Below are positions 19,879 to 31,500 of a stretch of DNA of 64,000 bases, one piece after another; within the stretch, counting starts at the first letter, position 1; every line of letters starts with the position of its first letter. The DNA is from Giardia intestinalis (taxonomy: Eukaryota): NCBI GenBank assembly GCA_000002435.2, contig CM018793.1. One strand, given 5' to 3'. A program made the translations under genes and the position numbers. A model generated the notes under the pieces. It worked only from the letters and a program-made list of their open reading frames with translations. It was not told where the DNA came from and ran no database searches.

Positions 19879-22185
19879 TCAAAAGCGTTTAAGCAAGTTC
19901 AGTATCGCGTCGTTCTTTGCAAAGTCGGCAGCAGATTTTCCGCTTGAATGGCGCATAGAGTTTTCCATGTGGACTAGGAGGTGAACGATTTCCAGATGTC
20001 CCTCAATGGAGGCTGCCATGAGAGCAGTGAGCCCAGCACCCGCAGTAAACTTGCTATTGGTGCATAGTCCTGCCTCCCGGTCAACAAGGAGTTGAACAAT
20101 TTCTGGCTTATTGTTGCTGGAGGCTGTCATCAGAGCGGTCCACCCGTCGTATCGCTGCATCCCCGCCTCTCTGCTCAACAGGGCCCGCACGCAATCTACA
20201 TTCCCTATACAGGCAGCATCCATCAGAGCCGTCGATCCATCGTGTCTTTGAATTCCTCCTTCCTTTTCAGCCAAGACGCGTGCAACTGCACTGTTCCCAG
20301 CCTGCACGGCATACATTAGCGCAGTCGACCCGCTATGGTCTCGTATCCCCGCCTGAGTGTTCATTCTGTGCCAGACAGAAACTATGTCATTGCTTTCAGC
20401 TGCTATCATTAGCTCTGTTTTCTGACCCGACTGACTCTGAGGAGGCTGATGCCTACCTCGGGCATCTAGAGCTATTGTTGTATCCATATGTGTCATGAAT
20501 CGAGTAATATTACCCAAAGTCCCCCTCTTTCTTATAGGGGAGGGCATCTTCTCAGACATGACAAACTCAGATTTGCTTTCTGGATTCAAACTGCTCAAGC
20601 CCATGCTACTTGTGCCCGTTCTCGATCCCATGGCGTTGGGCCCTCTTCGACCTTCTGCTGCTGAGCTAGTCCGTGGACGCTGGCTGGCAGACCGACCTGA
20701 AATCCCAGGACTAGTGTGTGTGCTGAGTGTGGGCGTTCCACTTGTTCCACGGACAGCCGACTTGGAAGGACGAGTGGATCCTGCTCTCATCCCCGGTGCA
20801 GGTGCGGTACTTTCGCGCCTTGTGACTGAGGCAGGTCTTTTTGAAGTATCAAGGGCTCGGCTATCTGAAATACGACTGCTGGCTCGCACACTTGAGGTTC
20901 TTGATGGCTGAGATGCACTGCTCGCTCGACTGCCCTGGGGGCCTCTAGTGTCCGCAGCTGTTGAAGCAGATCTCGCAGGCCGCTTAACCCCACCAGTTGC
21001 GTGCGGCGGCAAAAGGCTAGGCATTAAGCTATCCTTATCTACGTCAAACTCGTATTTGAATAGATTATATCCCGAGCCATTACCTCCCGGACCCTTTGTC
21101 ATCACATTCTCATAACGAGACCCAGGATCGTGCAACCAATCCTGTTCTCGCTGTCTTTCTCGCTCTCGCTGCTGCTGAATCTCTGTAAGCTGTTCGCGTA
21201 GAGAGGCACACTCGTGACTCTTGCTATTGAGGCGTTGCTGGAGCTGCTCGATCGTGTCGGCGTCTTTCCGCCGTTCATACGTTGAGTCGGACTTGGCCAA
21301 CTCCAACTTTATGCGGCTATTTTCTTCTAGGGACACGCGGTACTTCTCATGCATCTTGTTTAGCTCATCCTCGAGGGAGTTGCACTTATTCGTTAGCGAG
21401 GCCTGGTGCTCCTTGTCATACTTTTGCGTTTCCTGGAGCTGTGTGTCCAACATCTCAACCTTCGCCAAGAGCTTCTTATTCTCATGTCTCAGCGTTGAAA
21501 TTTCTTCCTGAAGGGATGAGATCTGTCCTCGATACGTCCTACAGTTGGCACATCTATCTGTAGAAAAATGTCCTTCAGGGTCCTCGACATCTGTAGAAAA
21601 TCTTACTTTGGGCTTCATCTGCTGGTCAAGAAGGTCCGCGAGAGCGCTCTGCAAATATTTAGTCATGTCTTCCTCCCCTGCCTGGGTCGCTTTGGATATG
21701 GCCGAATGAAAGTCTTCTTGCGTGTGTTTGAGTTGGGCACAAAGGAGCTTTACTGCCTCCAGCTCGCTATTGAGAACTGCATGGTCCAAAGCAGTGAGCC
21801 CTGCGTTGTCTCGATCAACCTCTGACTCCTGAATGATGGCCCTCATAGCTTCAGTGCTCCCTGATATCGCTGCTATCATTAGAGCAGTGCGGCCGTCAGC
21901 TGTTCGGACATCAGCTTCATAAGGTCCTAGTATGGCGCAAACCTCGTAAAAGTCCCGCGCAGCAGCCAACATGAGCGCCGTCTGGCCTTCTGGGGAGGTC
22001 ATTCGAGACTCTTCGTGGACTAGAAGCTTAACCATCGCGGCGTCATTGGTGCGTGCTGCAGCCATTAGTGCCGTCTCTCCCCCGCCATCTCTGGACTTTT
22101 TATAGACCGAAAGTGACTCTTCCACATTAAGAAGGTCATGGTTGAGCACCGCCTTGAACCATTCCTTCCTGTTATGGAGCAGCAT
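19879..22185 (-). CDS. Ankyrin-repeat / coiled-coil protein (Protein 21.1-like) with a long S/T/R-rich disordered segment.
   Basis: The ORF-track start at 22236 is GTG. The family-typical start MLLHNRKEWF is the first ATG (about 22185). There is an N-terminal ANK block, a coiled coil, a Ser/Thr/Arg-rich region of about 170 aa and a C-terminal ANK block. Confidence 0.8.
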   Translation of the reverse strand: MLLHNRKEWFKAVLNHDLLNVEESLSVYKKSRDGGGETALMAAARTNDAAMVKLLVHEESRMTSPEGQTALMLAAARDFYEVCAILGPYEADVRTADGRTALMIAAISGSTEAMRAIIQESEVDRDNAGLTALDHAVLNSELEAVKLLCAQLKHTQEDFHSAISKATQAGEEDMTKYLQSALADLLDQQMKPKVRFSTDVEDPEGHFSTDRCANCRTYRGQISSLQEEISTLRHENKKLLAKVEMLDTQLQETQKYDKEHQASLTNKCNSLEDELNKMHEKYRVSLEENSRIKLELAKSDSTYERRKDADTIEQLQQRLNSKSHECASLREQLTEIQQQRERERQREQDWLHDPGSRYENVMTKGPGGNGSGYNLFKYEFDVDKDSLMPSLLPPHATGGVKRPARSASTAADTRGPQGSRASSASQPSRTSSVRASSRISDSRALDTSKRPASVTRRESTAPAPGMRAGSTRPSKSAVRGTSGTPTLSTHTSPGISGRSASQRPRTSSAAEGRRGPNAMGSRTGTSSMGLSSLNPESKSEFVMSEKMPSPIRKRGTLGNITRFMTHMDTTIALDARGRHQPPQSQSGQKTELMIAAESNDIVSVWHRMNTQAGIRDHSGSTALMYAVQAGNSAVARVLAEKEGGIQRHDGSTALMDAACIGNVDCVRALLSREAGMQRYDGWTALMTASSNNKPEIVQLLVDREAGLCTNSKFTAGAGLTALMAASIEGHLEIVHLLVHMENSMRHSSGKSAADFAKNDAILNLLKRF

Positions 22186-22245
22186 GCCGCTGTGATTGGT
22201 AAATTTTGTTAAAAAGCCTAATTTACACGGGTCCACACGCCGTGT

Positions 22246-24291
22246 TCACGCGCCCCAGTTGCTCAGGATGCGCTTGATCTCCTCGGTGCGTGCATAGTCA
22301 ATGGCGTTCTTTCCATTGGCGCAGCGCATAGACAGCTCCCTGTCTGCGAGCAGCCTAACGCACTCGACATGGCCTTCGTGAGCAGCGAGCATTAGCGCGG
22401 TGAGGCCCGCCCCAACGGTGTGTTTGGCGTTTGTGCACATACCGCCCTCACGATCGCAGAGAAGGCGGACCACGTTTGTATGACCGTTGCAGGCAGCATC
22501 CATGAGTGCGGTCGTTCCATACGGCGTCTGAATGCGGGCTTCCTTGTCCACTAGCAGGCGGACCATCTCCGTGTATCCCTTCTGGGCAGCATACATCATC
22601 GCAGTTCTTCCGTCCATGTCCTGCTCTCCGGCCCGCTGTGGAATAAGCTGCCAAACAGAGTGAATATCATTATTCAAAACCGCACTGATCAGCTCTGTGC
22701 GATGACCTGTAGTCGCCCCGGTGCTGCCGGCGAGGCCGTCGCGCTCGTTCAGCATCTTAGAAATATCGAGGTGCTTTGGAACCAGAGTCAAGTTGAGATG
22801 CTTAGTGTTTCCGCCCTTGATCATGGAAACGTCATCATCATAGATATCCTGTGTTGGCAGTGGGAGCCCAAGAAGCTCCCTAAGACCATCACAATCACCG
22901 TCAGCGATTGCGCGGAGGAGAGGAGTGAACCCGCGGGAATCTATATCAGAAATGCGAGCAGGGCCCTCAATGGATGCGGCACCCTGCTTGATGATCTGCA
23001 AAAGAGTCTTTGCTGATTGTAGCTCGTTGGTGAGTCTCGTGAGTGTCTCTTCGACCTCTTGTCGCTCATAAACGAGCTGCTCTGCCTCACGGTTGGATGT
23101 CTCGAGCTTAATTTCAAGCTCGCGATGCTCGCGCTCCTTATCGTACAGCTTCTGGCGCAGATCCTTGACGTCGTTGAGGAGGCGGGCGCGGTCCTTCTTG
23201 AGGTCCGACGCCTCCGAGCTCATGACGCGAGACTCCGAGATAACCTGATCTAGTGCATTCGAAACGTTGCGCAGATCCTCCTCGCGCGCCTTCACTTGCT
23301 CTCTCATTGTGTTCACAAGCTCGCTGACGCATTCCACAACATCACCCTCGCCTGTGTGGTTGATGACTTGCTTTAGGCGGCGGTCCATGTCACTGAGGTG
23401 TTTGTTCGTCTCTTTAAGGATATCGCGATCACTTGTGAGTTGGGCATTATTCTCCTTAAGGTTTTCCAGTGTAGTGCTTAGTTCGTCCATCACGTTGCGC
23501 ATCTCTAGATTCTCGCGAACCACCTTATTATATTGCTTACGCAGATTTCGGACGTCCACAACAATCTGCTCGTGCCACGACAGGGTGCGCCCACCCCCAG
23601 GCGAAAGGGAAGCCCCGTTTTCAAAGACCATGCGGAGGTCCTGGTCCTCCTTTAATAGTGCTGGTGGCATGCTTGAGACGCCCTGATTCTCCGCATGAAT
23701 ACACCCAACAGGAGTGTGGCAGGTAGGGCACTCTTCCACGCCGCGACTGCGAGATGCACTGAGGACCTCGCGCATTCCCGACGAACTGCGGCCTACACTG
23801 GCCATTGCAGATGCATAGTTCTCATCCGTGACGTTGTTCACCGAATTGATAAGTTGCGCGAAGTGGGGACGATCCGAGCGGACAGCGTAGTCAAGGGCGG
23901 TCAGATTATGGTTGTCCCGCTCCATACCGTAGTAATTCAACAGGAGCCGGACGCAGTCGATGCTCCCTGCCTCCACCGCAAGCATTAATGGCGTGCGCCC
24001 ATCCGGCAGAAACACGCCCTTTTCAAATGGAATGAGAATGCGGCATGCGTCCAAGTTGTCGCAGCACGCAGCAATCATGAGGGCAGTGTAGCCCTCCTTA
24101 TTTACCAGCGTTGCCTCCTGGATGCAGAGAATCTTGATCATTTCAACATCGTTTAGTCTTGCCGCGAGCATGAGCCCTGTTTCACCCATACCGTTGGCAG
24201 TCCCTGCAAAGCGTATCAAATAAGTCTTGACAAGGTCATATTCGTGCAGTGCGATCGCCTGAAGCCAGTCCCTTCGGTCATGGAGAGCCAT
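22246..24291 (-). CDS. Ankyrin-repeat / coiled-coil protein (Protein 21.1-like).
   Basis: The N-terminus reads MALHDRRDWLQAIA. ANK repeats sit at both ends (TALMIAACCDN, TALMLAAHEGH) around a central coiled coil. Start is ATG. Confidence 0.8.
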   Translation of the reverse strand: MALHDRRDWLQAIALHEYDLVKTYLIRFAGTANGMGETGLMLAARLNDVEMIKILCIQEATLVNKEGYTALMIAACCDNLDACRILIPFEKGVFLPDGRTPLMLAVEAGSIDCVRLLLNYYGMERDNHNLTALDYAVRSDRPHFAQLINSVNNVTDENYASAMASVGRSSSGMREVLSASRSRGVEECPTCHTPVGCIHAENQGVSSMPPALLKEDQDLRMVFENGASLSPGGGRTLSWHEQIVVDVRNLRKQYNKVVRENLEMRNVMDELSTTLENLKENNAQLTSDRDILKETNKHLSDMDRRLKQVINHTGEGDVVECVSELVNTMREQVKAREEDLRNVSNALDQVISESRVMSSEASDLKKDRARLLNDVKDLRQKLYDKEREHRELEIKLETSNREAEQLVYERQEVEETLTRLTNELQSAKTLLQIIKQGAASIEGPARISDIDSRGFTPLLRAIADGDCDGLRELLGLPLPTQDIYDDDVSMIKGGNTKHLNLTLVPKHLDISKMLNERDGLAGSTGATTGHRTELISAVLNNDIHSVWQLIPQRAGEQDMDGRTAMMYAAQKGYTEMVRLLVDKEARIQTPYGTTALMDAACNGHTNVVRLLCDREGGMCTNAKHTVGAGLTALMLAAHEGHVECVRLLADRELSMRCANGKNAIDYARTEEIKRILSNWGA

Positions 24292-24462
24292 AGGTTTTTT
24301 TGGAATGAGACAAATAAAAGGTGTTGGCGCTTTAAAGTTAGAACAGATGAGGACGCGAAGCGCGGAAAGAGCATAGCCAGCATTGGTGTGGCTCTTCCGA
24401 ATGCAGAGCAGCGATTTCCAAAAAGCGCGGAATTCCCAGCTAAAGCCCCTAATATCATATGT

Positions 24463-27400
24463 TTAAATTATTTTTACTGATCGGTACTTGTACAGCTCGC
24501 GGAGTGCACAGAAGCCCTCGCGAAGGTACCAAGCATTTAATTTTGTGGGAATTTGAAAGATGATACTATCTGGGACAGAAAACTCTGCAGCCAAGAGCTT
24601 GGCCCGAAGTAGCCGCTCGCGGGAAACAAGTATTCCACGGTTTGCGACCCAAGCTGCAATTTTAAGAAGGTAGTGCTCGTCTGCTATCCTCCTGAGCGTA
24701 AGTGCCCGGTTGGAGTCTTGTTGGTCTATATTGTACTTGCACGGATCGATAATCTTAGACTGGCCCACGAACGAGTTTAATCCCGGAAACTTTAGGTTTG
24801 GTTGGGCAGACGCGATGATAGCCTCTTCCTTGTCTATTTGCTCCACCAGCAGTAGGGCCTCCTTCCGCGTCTCTTCAGCTTGGAGCTGCTTAGCACGTTC
24901 CCGACGAATGTACGCATGATACCGCCATTCTAGAAAGCATGTTTCTTTGAGGAGATAGACGTGAAGTCTGTTGATTCGCCTGTAGCGTGTGGTTAGCATT
25001 TCAGTTCTAGTTGCCCACTCGTCGAAAACTCCTACTAGCAATCTCTTGCCAGGAAAAGCACGATAAAACTTCTTTGCTAGCTGCGCCTCGATGAAGTGTT
25101 GGCGCCAATAGCTGATGCATATGTGGCAGCTGACGCGCCTGTACCATATTTTTGCCTGCCGCAGCGTTGGATTGTTTGTATAGTGATGATCAAGTGTTAG
25201 TGAGATATCATTGTCAGAGTACACTGTCTTCATTTTTGGCTCATTTTGAGTAGCATCTTCCCGCCAAGAATCGTCAGCAAAGCGAATACTCTTCTTGCGT
25301 GTCTTTTCCTTTTGCTTTTCTATTGTGTGGTCTATCCTAATAAGCGCTTGGGTGCAGCACTCTCCGATGTCCCCGTCACAATCAGAGCCATCTGTCATGG
25401 TGGGTTCATTTGCTGCCATTTTGCCGTTACGCTCTAGTCTATCAAAGCGCCGTGCAACCTCATCTTTGAGCTGTGTCAGGTTCTCCTTGGATAAGACTTC
25501 TATGTGATGTGTAGGAAGGGGCTCGGCTACTCCGCTAACACGCTTTTCTTTCTGCTGAAGTTTAGCCAACTGGGGAACCACTTGGCGATACGCTTCCCGA
25601 AGCTCGGTGGCTGTTTGCGGAGAGTAGATAGACCAGTAGTCATCTCCTATATCTCCGAGGGTCAGATCTCCTTCCTTAGGCGCAGCTTCTGGCCCTTCAT
25701 AATCCTCATCATCACTGCTTTCTAGATCGAAATGAAGCGTCTTGTCCATGTCTACATGTCCATTAGTGTTGCCATCATAGGACCGCGTGTCAGTAGTAAA
25801 CTTTACCCTTGTCTGTGAATCTGAAAGATCCTCTAGAGACTCAGAGTCTGTATCTGACCAACCTTCGAAGTGGAGCGCTTTGCTGGACGGCTTGAGCGCT
25901 TTGGGTGCGTCTGTAAAGCCTGCTGTTTTAATAAAGGAACCACCAAACGTGAGCTCCTTCCAACTCGAAAAGATTGTCTTTAAGGTTTGAGTTCTGTAGG
26001 TACTCCCTCGGCGGTCTTCATCTTCCAACACTTCCTTCCACCGTAGAAGCGCTTGACTTACAACACTTCTCAGCACTTGCTTAAGTTTGCACTGATGACG
26101 TAGTGTGTGAAATGTTCGCTCTAATAGATCGGCATTCTGAACTTCTCTACATCTTCTTGATATTTCTGACTCAGCCAGGTTCTGTGCATGAAGGGTCAGT
26201 AAGGCGGCCAAAGCAGGACGTAGATAAAGCCGTTTTTCAATTTCACGCAATATGTGTGTCATCTGCTCCAATCTGCATCTCCGGTTTTGAACAAGAGCCA
26301 TCCAGTACTTCAGCTGCCTTCTCATGACGATGAATTTGAATAGATTGTCCGATCTGTTGTCCCATTCTTGCCCCTCGCGATCGATCTGCTTTTGCATTGC
26401 TCGAAATGCTGTACGCATTGTGAATCTAATGGAAAGCTCTCGGGCCATGTGGGTCTCACTGGCCTTCTGCAACATTATACAGTTCTGAAGCCTCCTCAAC
26501 ATGAAGATGGCAAATGACCGTCTGCCCAGGTACTTATTATAAAAAGAGGAAAGGAGGACCCTGTGTAGAATAAGCCGCATAGCCAGGAGTGCACGGGCTT
26601 GCAAAAACGCAAGACTAAAAAGTTCGGCAACCTCCAGGAGGGTGTATTCATTAATATTATTCGCTGCAGAAAAAGAGTCGATGTCAAACGTTTGGTACTT
26701 CACTAGCGCGCTCACTTGAGAGCTGCTCAGGTGGATAGGTACACACGAGGCCCCATAGAATAAAGTTTGTCCCCTATATAGCCTGTTTCTAATGAGGATG
26801 GTGGTGTCAAACAGCTTCTGAATCTGTGTGGAAGTTAAAAGAACTCTGTTAGAGCATTCTAATGATTGATCAGTGCCTCCAGTGGCCAGAAATGGAGTCA
26901 AGTAAGAGGCCTTGGCTGCAGCCCGTGCACTAGGCTTTGCGGTCAGTTGGTCTAATTGAGTAGAATCTCTGTTATACTGAATATACGCAGAATTAGTGTC
27001 CTTATGACCACTCAGTAAATGCGTATCAAAGGAATCGCTGGCCGTTCCGCAAGAAGACATACTAGTGAAGGCATCAAAGGACCTATCTTGAACCACTATA
27101 CGTTCAAATAGATTCGCCGTTCTCTTCCTGCCACTGATTGAGTAACTACCTTCTCCCTCATCTGGGGCTATTGCACTAAGGGTATCTAGATACGTAGGAT
27201 AAGGGGTCGTGCGCACTTCTGAATATGCTGCTTCTGAAGGCTGAGATAGGCCTTGGTTGGGCTCTGCTGGACAAGAGAAGTGATATGGCGGAAACAAGGG
27301 AAGAACTCGGTCATCCCAGAAGCGACGCTTCTCAGAAATAGCTTTGAGCATATGCTTATGCGTCAAACCCACCACCTGACTAGCGACACGCAGCAACTTT

Positions 27401-28473
27401 GCCGACGGACTCGCTATTTTCCGTAGATACTGCAGCACGCGTTTGTAGAGGCTTAATTTGACATACTCGTCTACGAATATAAGGCAGAGATGAGACTTAT
27501 AGTTAAATAGCATAAGCACAAGAGCTGTTCTGAGCGAAAGTGAACTGTCTAATCTTGCCAAGTCCTGCTCAGAGCGCCGTAGATGGAGGTACCGGTTCTT
27601 CAGGGACGAATAAGCTCGAGCAACAAGAGTCCGTGAATAGGTAGTAGCAAGGTCTTCTAAGGTGGTCTCGCCGTCAAAGCAGTAGGTATATTCATCGCTG
27701 ATTGAGTGCTGCCAGTCTCCGGAAGCCGGTAAAAGGTCTTCCGCTGATATCTTAGACTGGCTCTCCTCCGTTGCTGGTCTGAGCTTATAGAGAACAATCA
27801 GTGCTACTACCTTGCGATTAACCTCTGCTAGCGAGCGAAGCATGATTCTCCTGAGCCTCGCCAGCTTGCAATTGGACTGTAAGTACATAAAGATAACCTC
27901 CTTTGAGATTCTGACGATCGATCTACGTAATTGATGGAGATCCCTGTGCTGCTCTGGTGAAGCATTACTTTGTAGGAGCCTCAGGCTTTCTTCGTGAGTC
28001 CGCTTTCTATCTATCAGCTTTGTAATAGCCTCCTTGTACCGGTGGCTCTGAATCCGGAGGCAGTGTCGCGCTAGCCGCAGTCTGTAGATCTTGACATCGC
28101 AGACATACGGGATGGGACAAGGGAAGCCCTCATCAAAAGAGTGCACAGAGAGAATGCTACAGTCACAAAAAGCTAGCAGCTGATAAAGAGTGGTTATTGG
28201 GGGAAACTCCGGCTGGATCACGGCCATGCATTCTCGGACTGTAATCATAGACGGCAAAGGGCGCATAGAACCTTGCTGTAACGCAGTAGAGTGTGTCTTT
28301 GGTGTGCAGATAGATGATCTTGGAGGTAGTGCAGGCTTAGATGCCTTATTTGAAGATTGATCTTCATTGTCGACAGCGAGATCCAGAGCTTTCGAAGTGT
28401 CACAGAAACCGGTATCTGTCTGTGGAGGCAACTGAGCCATCATCTTTGCAATTATGCTACTCGCAAGTTGCAT
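24463..28473 (-). CDS. Large hypothetical protein (1336 aa), no recognisable domain.
   Basis: This is a long clean ORF with an ATG start and a tight fit between flanking genes. It has mixed composition without repeats. Confidence 0.65.
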   Translation of the reverse strand: MQLASSIIAKMMAQLPPQTDTGFCDTSKALDLAVDNEDQSSNKASKPALPPRSSICTPKTHSTALQQGSMRPLPSMITVRECMAVIQPEFPPITTLYQLLAFCDCSILSVHSFDEGFPCPIPYVCDVKIYRLRLARHCLRIQSHRYKEAITKLIDRKRTHEESLRLLQSNASPEQHRDLHQLRRSIVRISKEVIFMYLQSNCKLARLRRIMLRSLAEVNRKVVALIVLYKLRPATEESQSKISAEDLLPASGDWQHSISDEYTYCFDGETTLEDLATTYSRTLVARAYSSLKNRYLHLRRSEQDLARLDSSLSLRTALVLMLFNYKSHLCLIFVDEYVKLSLYKRVLQYLRKIASPSAKLLRVASQVVGLTHKHMLKAISEKRRFWDDRVLPLFPPYHFSCPAEPNQGLSQPSEAAYSEVRTTPYPTYLDTLSAIAPDEGEGSYSISGRKRTANLFERIVVQDRSFDAFTSMSSCGTASDSFDTHLLSGHKDTNSAYIQYNRDSTQLDQLTAKPSARAAAKASYLTPFLATGGTDQSLECSNRVLLTSTQIQKLFDTTILIRNRLYRGQTLFYGASCVPIHLSSSQVSALVKYQTFDIDSFSAANNINEYTLLEVAELFSLAFLQARALLAMRLILHRVLLSSFYNKYLGRRSFAIFMLRRLQNCIMLQKASETHMARELSIRFTMRTAFRAMQKQIDREGQEWDNRSDNLFKFIVMRRQLKYWMALVQNRRCRLEQMTHILREIEKRLYLRPALAALLTLHAQNLAESEISRRCREVQNADLLERTFHTLRHQCKLKQVLRSVVSQALLRWKEVLEDEDRRGSTYRTQTLKTIFSSWKELTFGGSFIKTAGFTDAPKALKPSSKALHFEGWSDTDSESLEDLSDSQTRVKFTTDTRSYDGNTNGHVDMDKTLHFDLESSDDEDYEGPEAAPKEGDLTLGDIGDDYWSIYSPQTATELREAYRQVVPQLAKLQQKEKRVSGVAEPLPTHHIEVLSKENLTQLKDEVARRFDRLERNGKMAANEPTMTDGSDCDGDIGECCTQALIRIDHTIEKQKEKTRKKSIRFADDSWREDATQNEPKMKTVYSDNDISLTLDHHYTNNPTLRQAKIWYRRVSCHICISYWRQHFIEAQLAKKFYRAFPGKRLLVGVFDEWATRTEMLTTRYRRINRLHVYLLKETCFLEWRYHAYIRRERAKQLQAEETRKEALLLVEQIDKEEAIIASAQPNLKFPGLNSFVGQSKIIDPCKYNIDQQDSNRALTLRRIADEHYLLKIAAWVANRGILVSRERLLRAKLLAAEFSVPDSIIFQIPTKLNAWYLREGFCALRELYKYRSVKII

Positions 28474-28554
28474 CTTTTGTCGTCAAGATTGTGTCACGGT
28501 TACGAAATTTTGAAAATTTAATTTACTAGGTTGCATGTGAGCCGGCGTCCTGAG

Positions 28555-31500
28555 TTAGGTTGCAATGCCTTTTAAGCAATTAGTCTGAAAGTTTAGCAGG
28601 CACTGACACACCCTGTGTATATAACACGAAGCACAAACCATACAGGGACGTTTCTGTATCTTTCCTAGATAAACTCCACACTGTGCGCACATAACACGTT
28701 CGCAACAGATACATGGCTGAGCTCCACCGATGAAGCGCTCGATTATATTGCTCTCCTGATTACACACATGACAGAGAGACCCTACGCCTGCATGGCGCAG
28801 GAGACTCCATTCACGAACCACATCCTTCACAGTTTTGTTGGTAACTATGCGATGCATGCTTGACGCCTTTGTGCTAACAAAATAGCAACGAACTAGGTTG
28901 TCTATGGGATTTGGGTCAACGACGAGCTGGAGCTTCAAGGGGGACTGTTCCAGAAGAGTCTGTATAATGTGGACATGTGCAGATGTGAACATGCTAGTGC
29001 CTGTATTATCAACCTTGAAGTTGGTCAATAGATTGATAAGTGATGGATTGAACACAGAGACTGTTAGAAGCATATGGAGTGCATTTATTGTAGCTGCAGG
29101 AGACGCACTGCTACCCGCAGCTTCAATTCGTTTTATGAGTTGCGCTTCTATCTTAGCTACCTTAGAAGTGAAAGGATTCAAGGAAGGAGGTTCCTCCGAT
29201 TGAGCGTTAAAGCAGCACCCGTAAAGCATAAGCAAGAGGAAGCTTGTCGGAGACCCACATCTAACTGCTAGTTCAAAGGGTGTTAGGTTGTGCTCGTCCT
29301 CATCTGCTACAGTGCCTGCCGAGATGTGGCCAATGGTCTCCAAGCGTATTAAGCAGAGAAGTTGAATGATTTTTATATCGTCATAAGAAAACTCTATAGA
29401 GCATCCACCAAGAACTCGCGATATTTTGGATATGCGCTCATATATGAATTCTAGTTTGTACCGCAGGGAGGCTGTCCACGCTATAACAGCCGTAGTGATG
29501 GCAAAACATATTGACGCTATGTTCGCTGTTCCATCCTCATAGATACGCGCCGAGTCATTTGAAGTAGAAAGAACCATCTCCTCCACAGACTCTACGTCTA
29601 CCATGCTTGATCCAAATGCTGGAGGTGGATTAGGAGGCTCTCCATTAATTACGTGGCGGTTGTACTTGTGGCCCTCAAACAGTTTCATGGTCTTGACCTT
29701 CCTAGCTTGTTTGGTAACTTCGTCCATTCGCATCATAAAGCTCCGGTCCCTGACTCGAAGTTGCAAGGCTTTGGCCGATGCGTATATGCTTAAGTTATTA
29801 GATAGGTGCTGCCCAATACCATATGTTGTCACAAGATTCTTTGTTGCACGCCTAAAAAGCTCTGGCACAGGATAGAGAGGTTCCGATCTGCTCAGAGGAT
29901 TGTAAGATTCGCTGGAGAAGTAATGCCAGGCAGACGTACCTTTCCTTGCCTTGCTAGGCTCCTCTATGTCAGGTGCGTATGAGATACCTAGTTGTGTAAA
30001 CGCCAGCACATACTTCAGGAGTCCCTGTCCGAAGTCTTGTCCGCGGATGATGAGTAGCGCAAGAAATGGGATTTGTCTAGGGCTCGAGCTAGTATTCAAG
30101 CCCAAACGCTTCGGTGTGTGAGAAAGCGTAGGAGTTTCTGGCTTTTTCCCTATAAGCCGTTCTTGTACAGTGACAATTAATGGCAGTATGCTTCGAACGG
30201 CCCCCTTTAAGCCGCAATCATCCAAGGATGTTGAAGAGCTCGAGAATGTAGATAAGTCCTTCAAAATGTTAGTTGAGCCAGCAATAATAGTGGTTTGCGC
30301 TATAGCGATTCTAGCTGCTGGCACAGATGCCAGATGGTCTAGGATAAATTCAATATATCGGTAAACACTTTTTTGGAGCCGTTTGTACTTGTCATTGACA
30401 GCAGACTCATGCTTTGATGAATTCTCAAATTGTGCAAGCGCTAATGTTCCCAGCAAAAAGAGCAAAACATCACAGCGGTAATGGGTTGCGGGCATAAGGC
30501 TACATAAAATGCAAAATATTCCGTAGTTATTAGTAAATATGGATACAATCACGGCATTCATAATCAGCTCTGCTCTCCAAAGGGTCTCGAAACTCAGATG
30601 AAGATCTGAAAATAGTTTTGACACTATCCCTTCGTCTGCCACATTTGGCCCTTCGGAGAGCAGGCTCCACACGCTGCTGTCGCAAGAGTCACAAGCAGAT
30701 CCGTTGCGCACTAAGCTAAGATAGCTTTCTAGTGAGGCTGCAATTCTGCTATTTCCATACTTAGCCCCTATTCTAGAAAGAACTTCTTCTCGAGCTATGT
30801 TTGATAAAAGCAGCATAAGGGCAATCTTGTTATTATAAATTACGGCGTCTACAATAACAGTAAGTAACGGAGGTGCCTCTAACACAGCATTGTAAACTTT
30901 GGCATACTCATCTAGAAAGTAGTGCGAGGTCAGTGTCTGCTCAGAGGTCTCGTATGTAAGGTTCTTAGATATGTTAGCTTGTTTGGGATAGTCTTGCAAT
31001 ACTGATAAGATAGAGGCATACTGATCCTCTATGGCCTTTACAGCATTTGGAGGATCCTCTACGAGAGGTTGTGGAGCAGCCATGTCTTTGTTGGTGCAAA
31101 CCTGCTTAACTGGTCTCATGATCAAGCAACCGTAGGACTTCAGTATTTGCAGAATGGCAGAGTAAATAGTTCTGTCCTTGCTAATGGCGGAAACGAGCTG
31201 ACTCTTGTCCTTTGCCATCATATTCAGAGTAGTCTGCTTCCACTCACGCAAATGCACAACAGCAACAGATTCCAAGGACGTGGCAATAACCTCATTAGGA
31301 TTTGCACGTGCAGAAAAATCCTTTAGTATTGAATAGGCATCCTGGGTGGTAAGATGCTCATCTGGGGTGATTTGAAAGACCCCTGTGGGAAACAGCAAAC
31401 AGTATATATCGATTGGAATACCATCATACCAGTTGAAGACCATTGAAAAGATTTCCTCGATAATGGCTTCATCACTTTCACTACTATCCGAACGGGCAAG

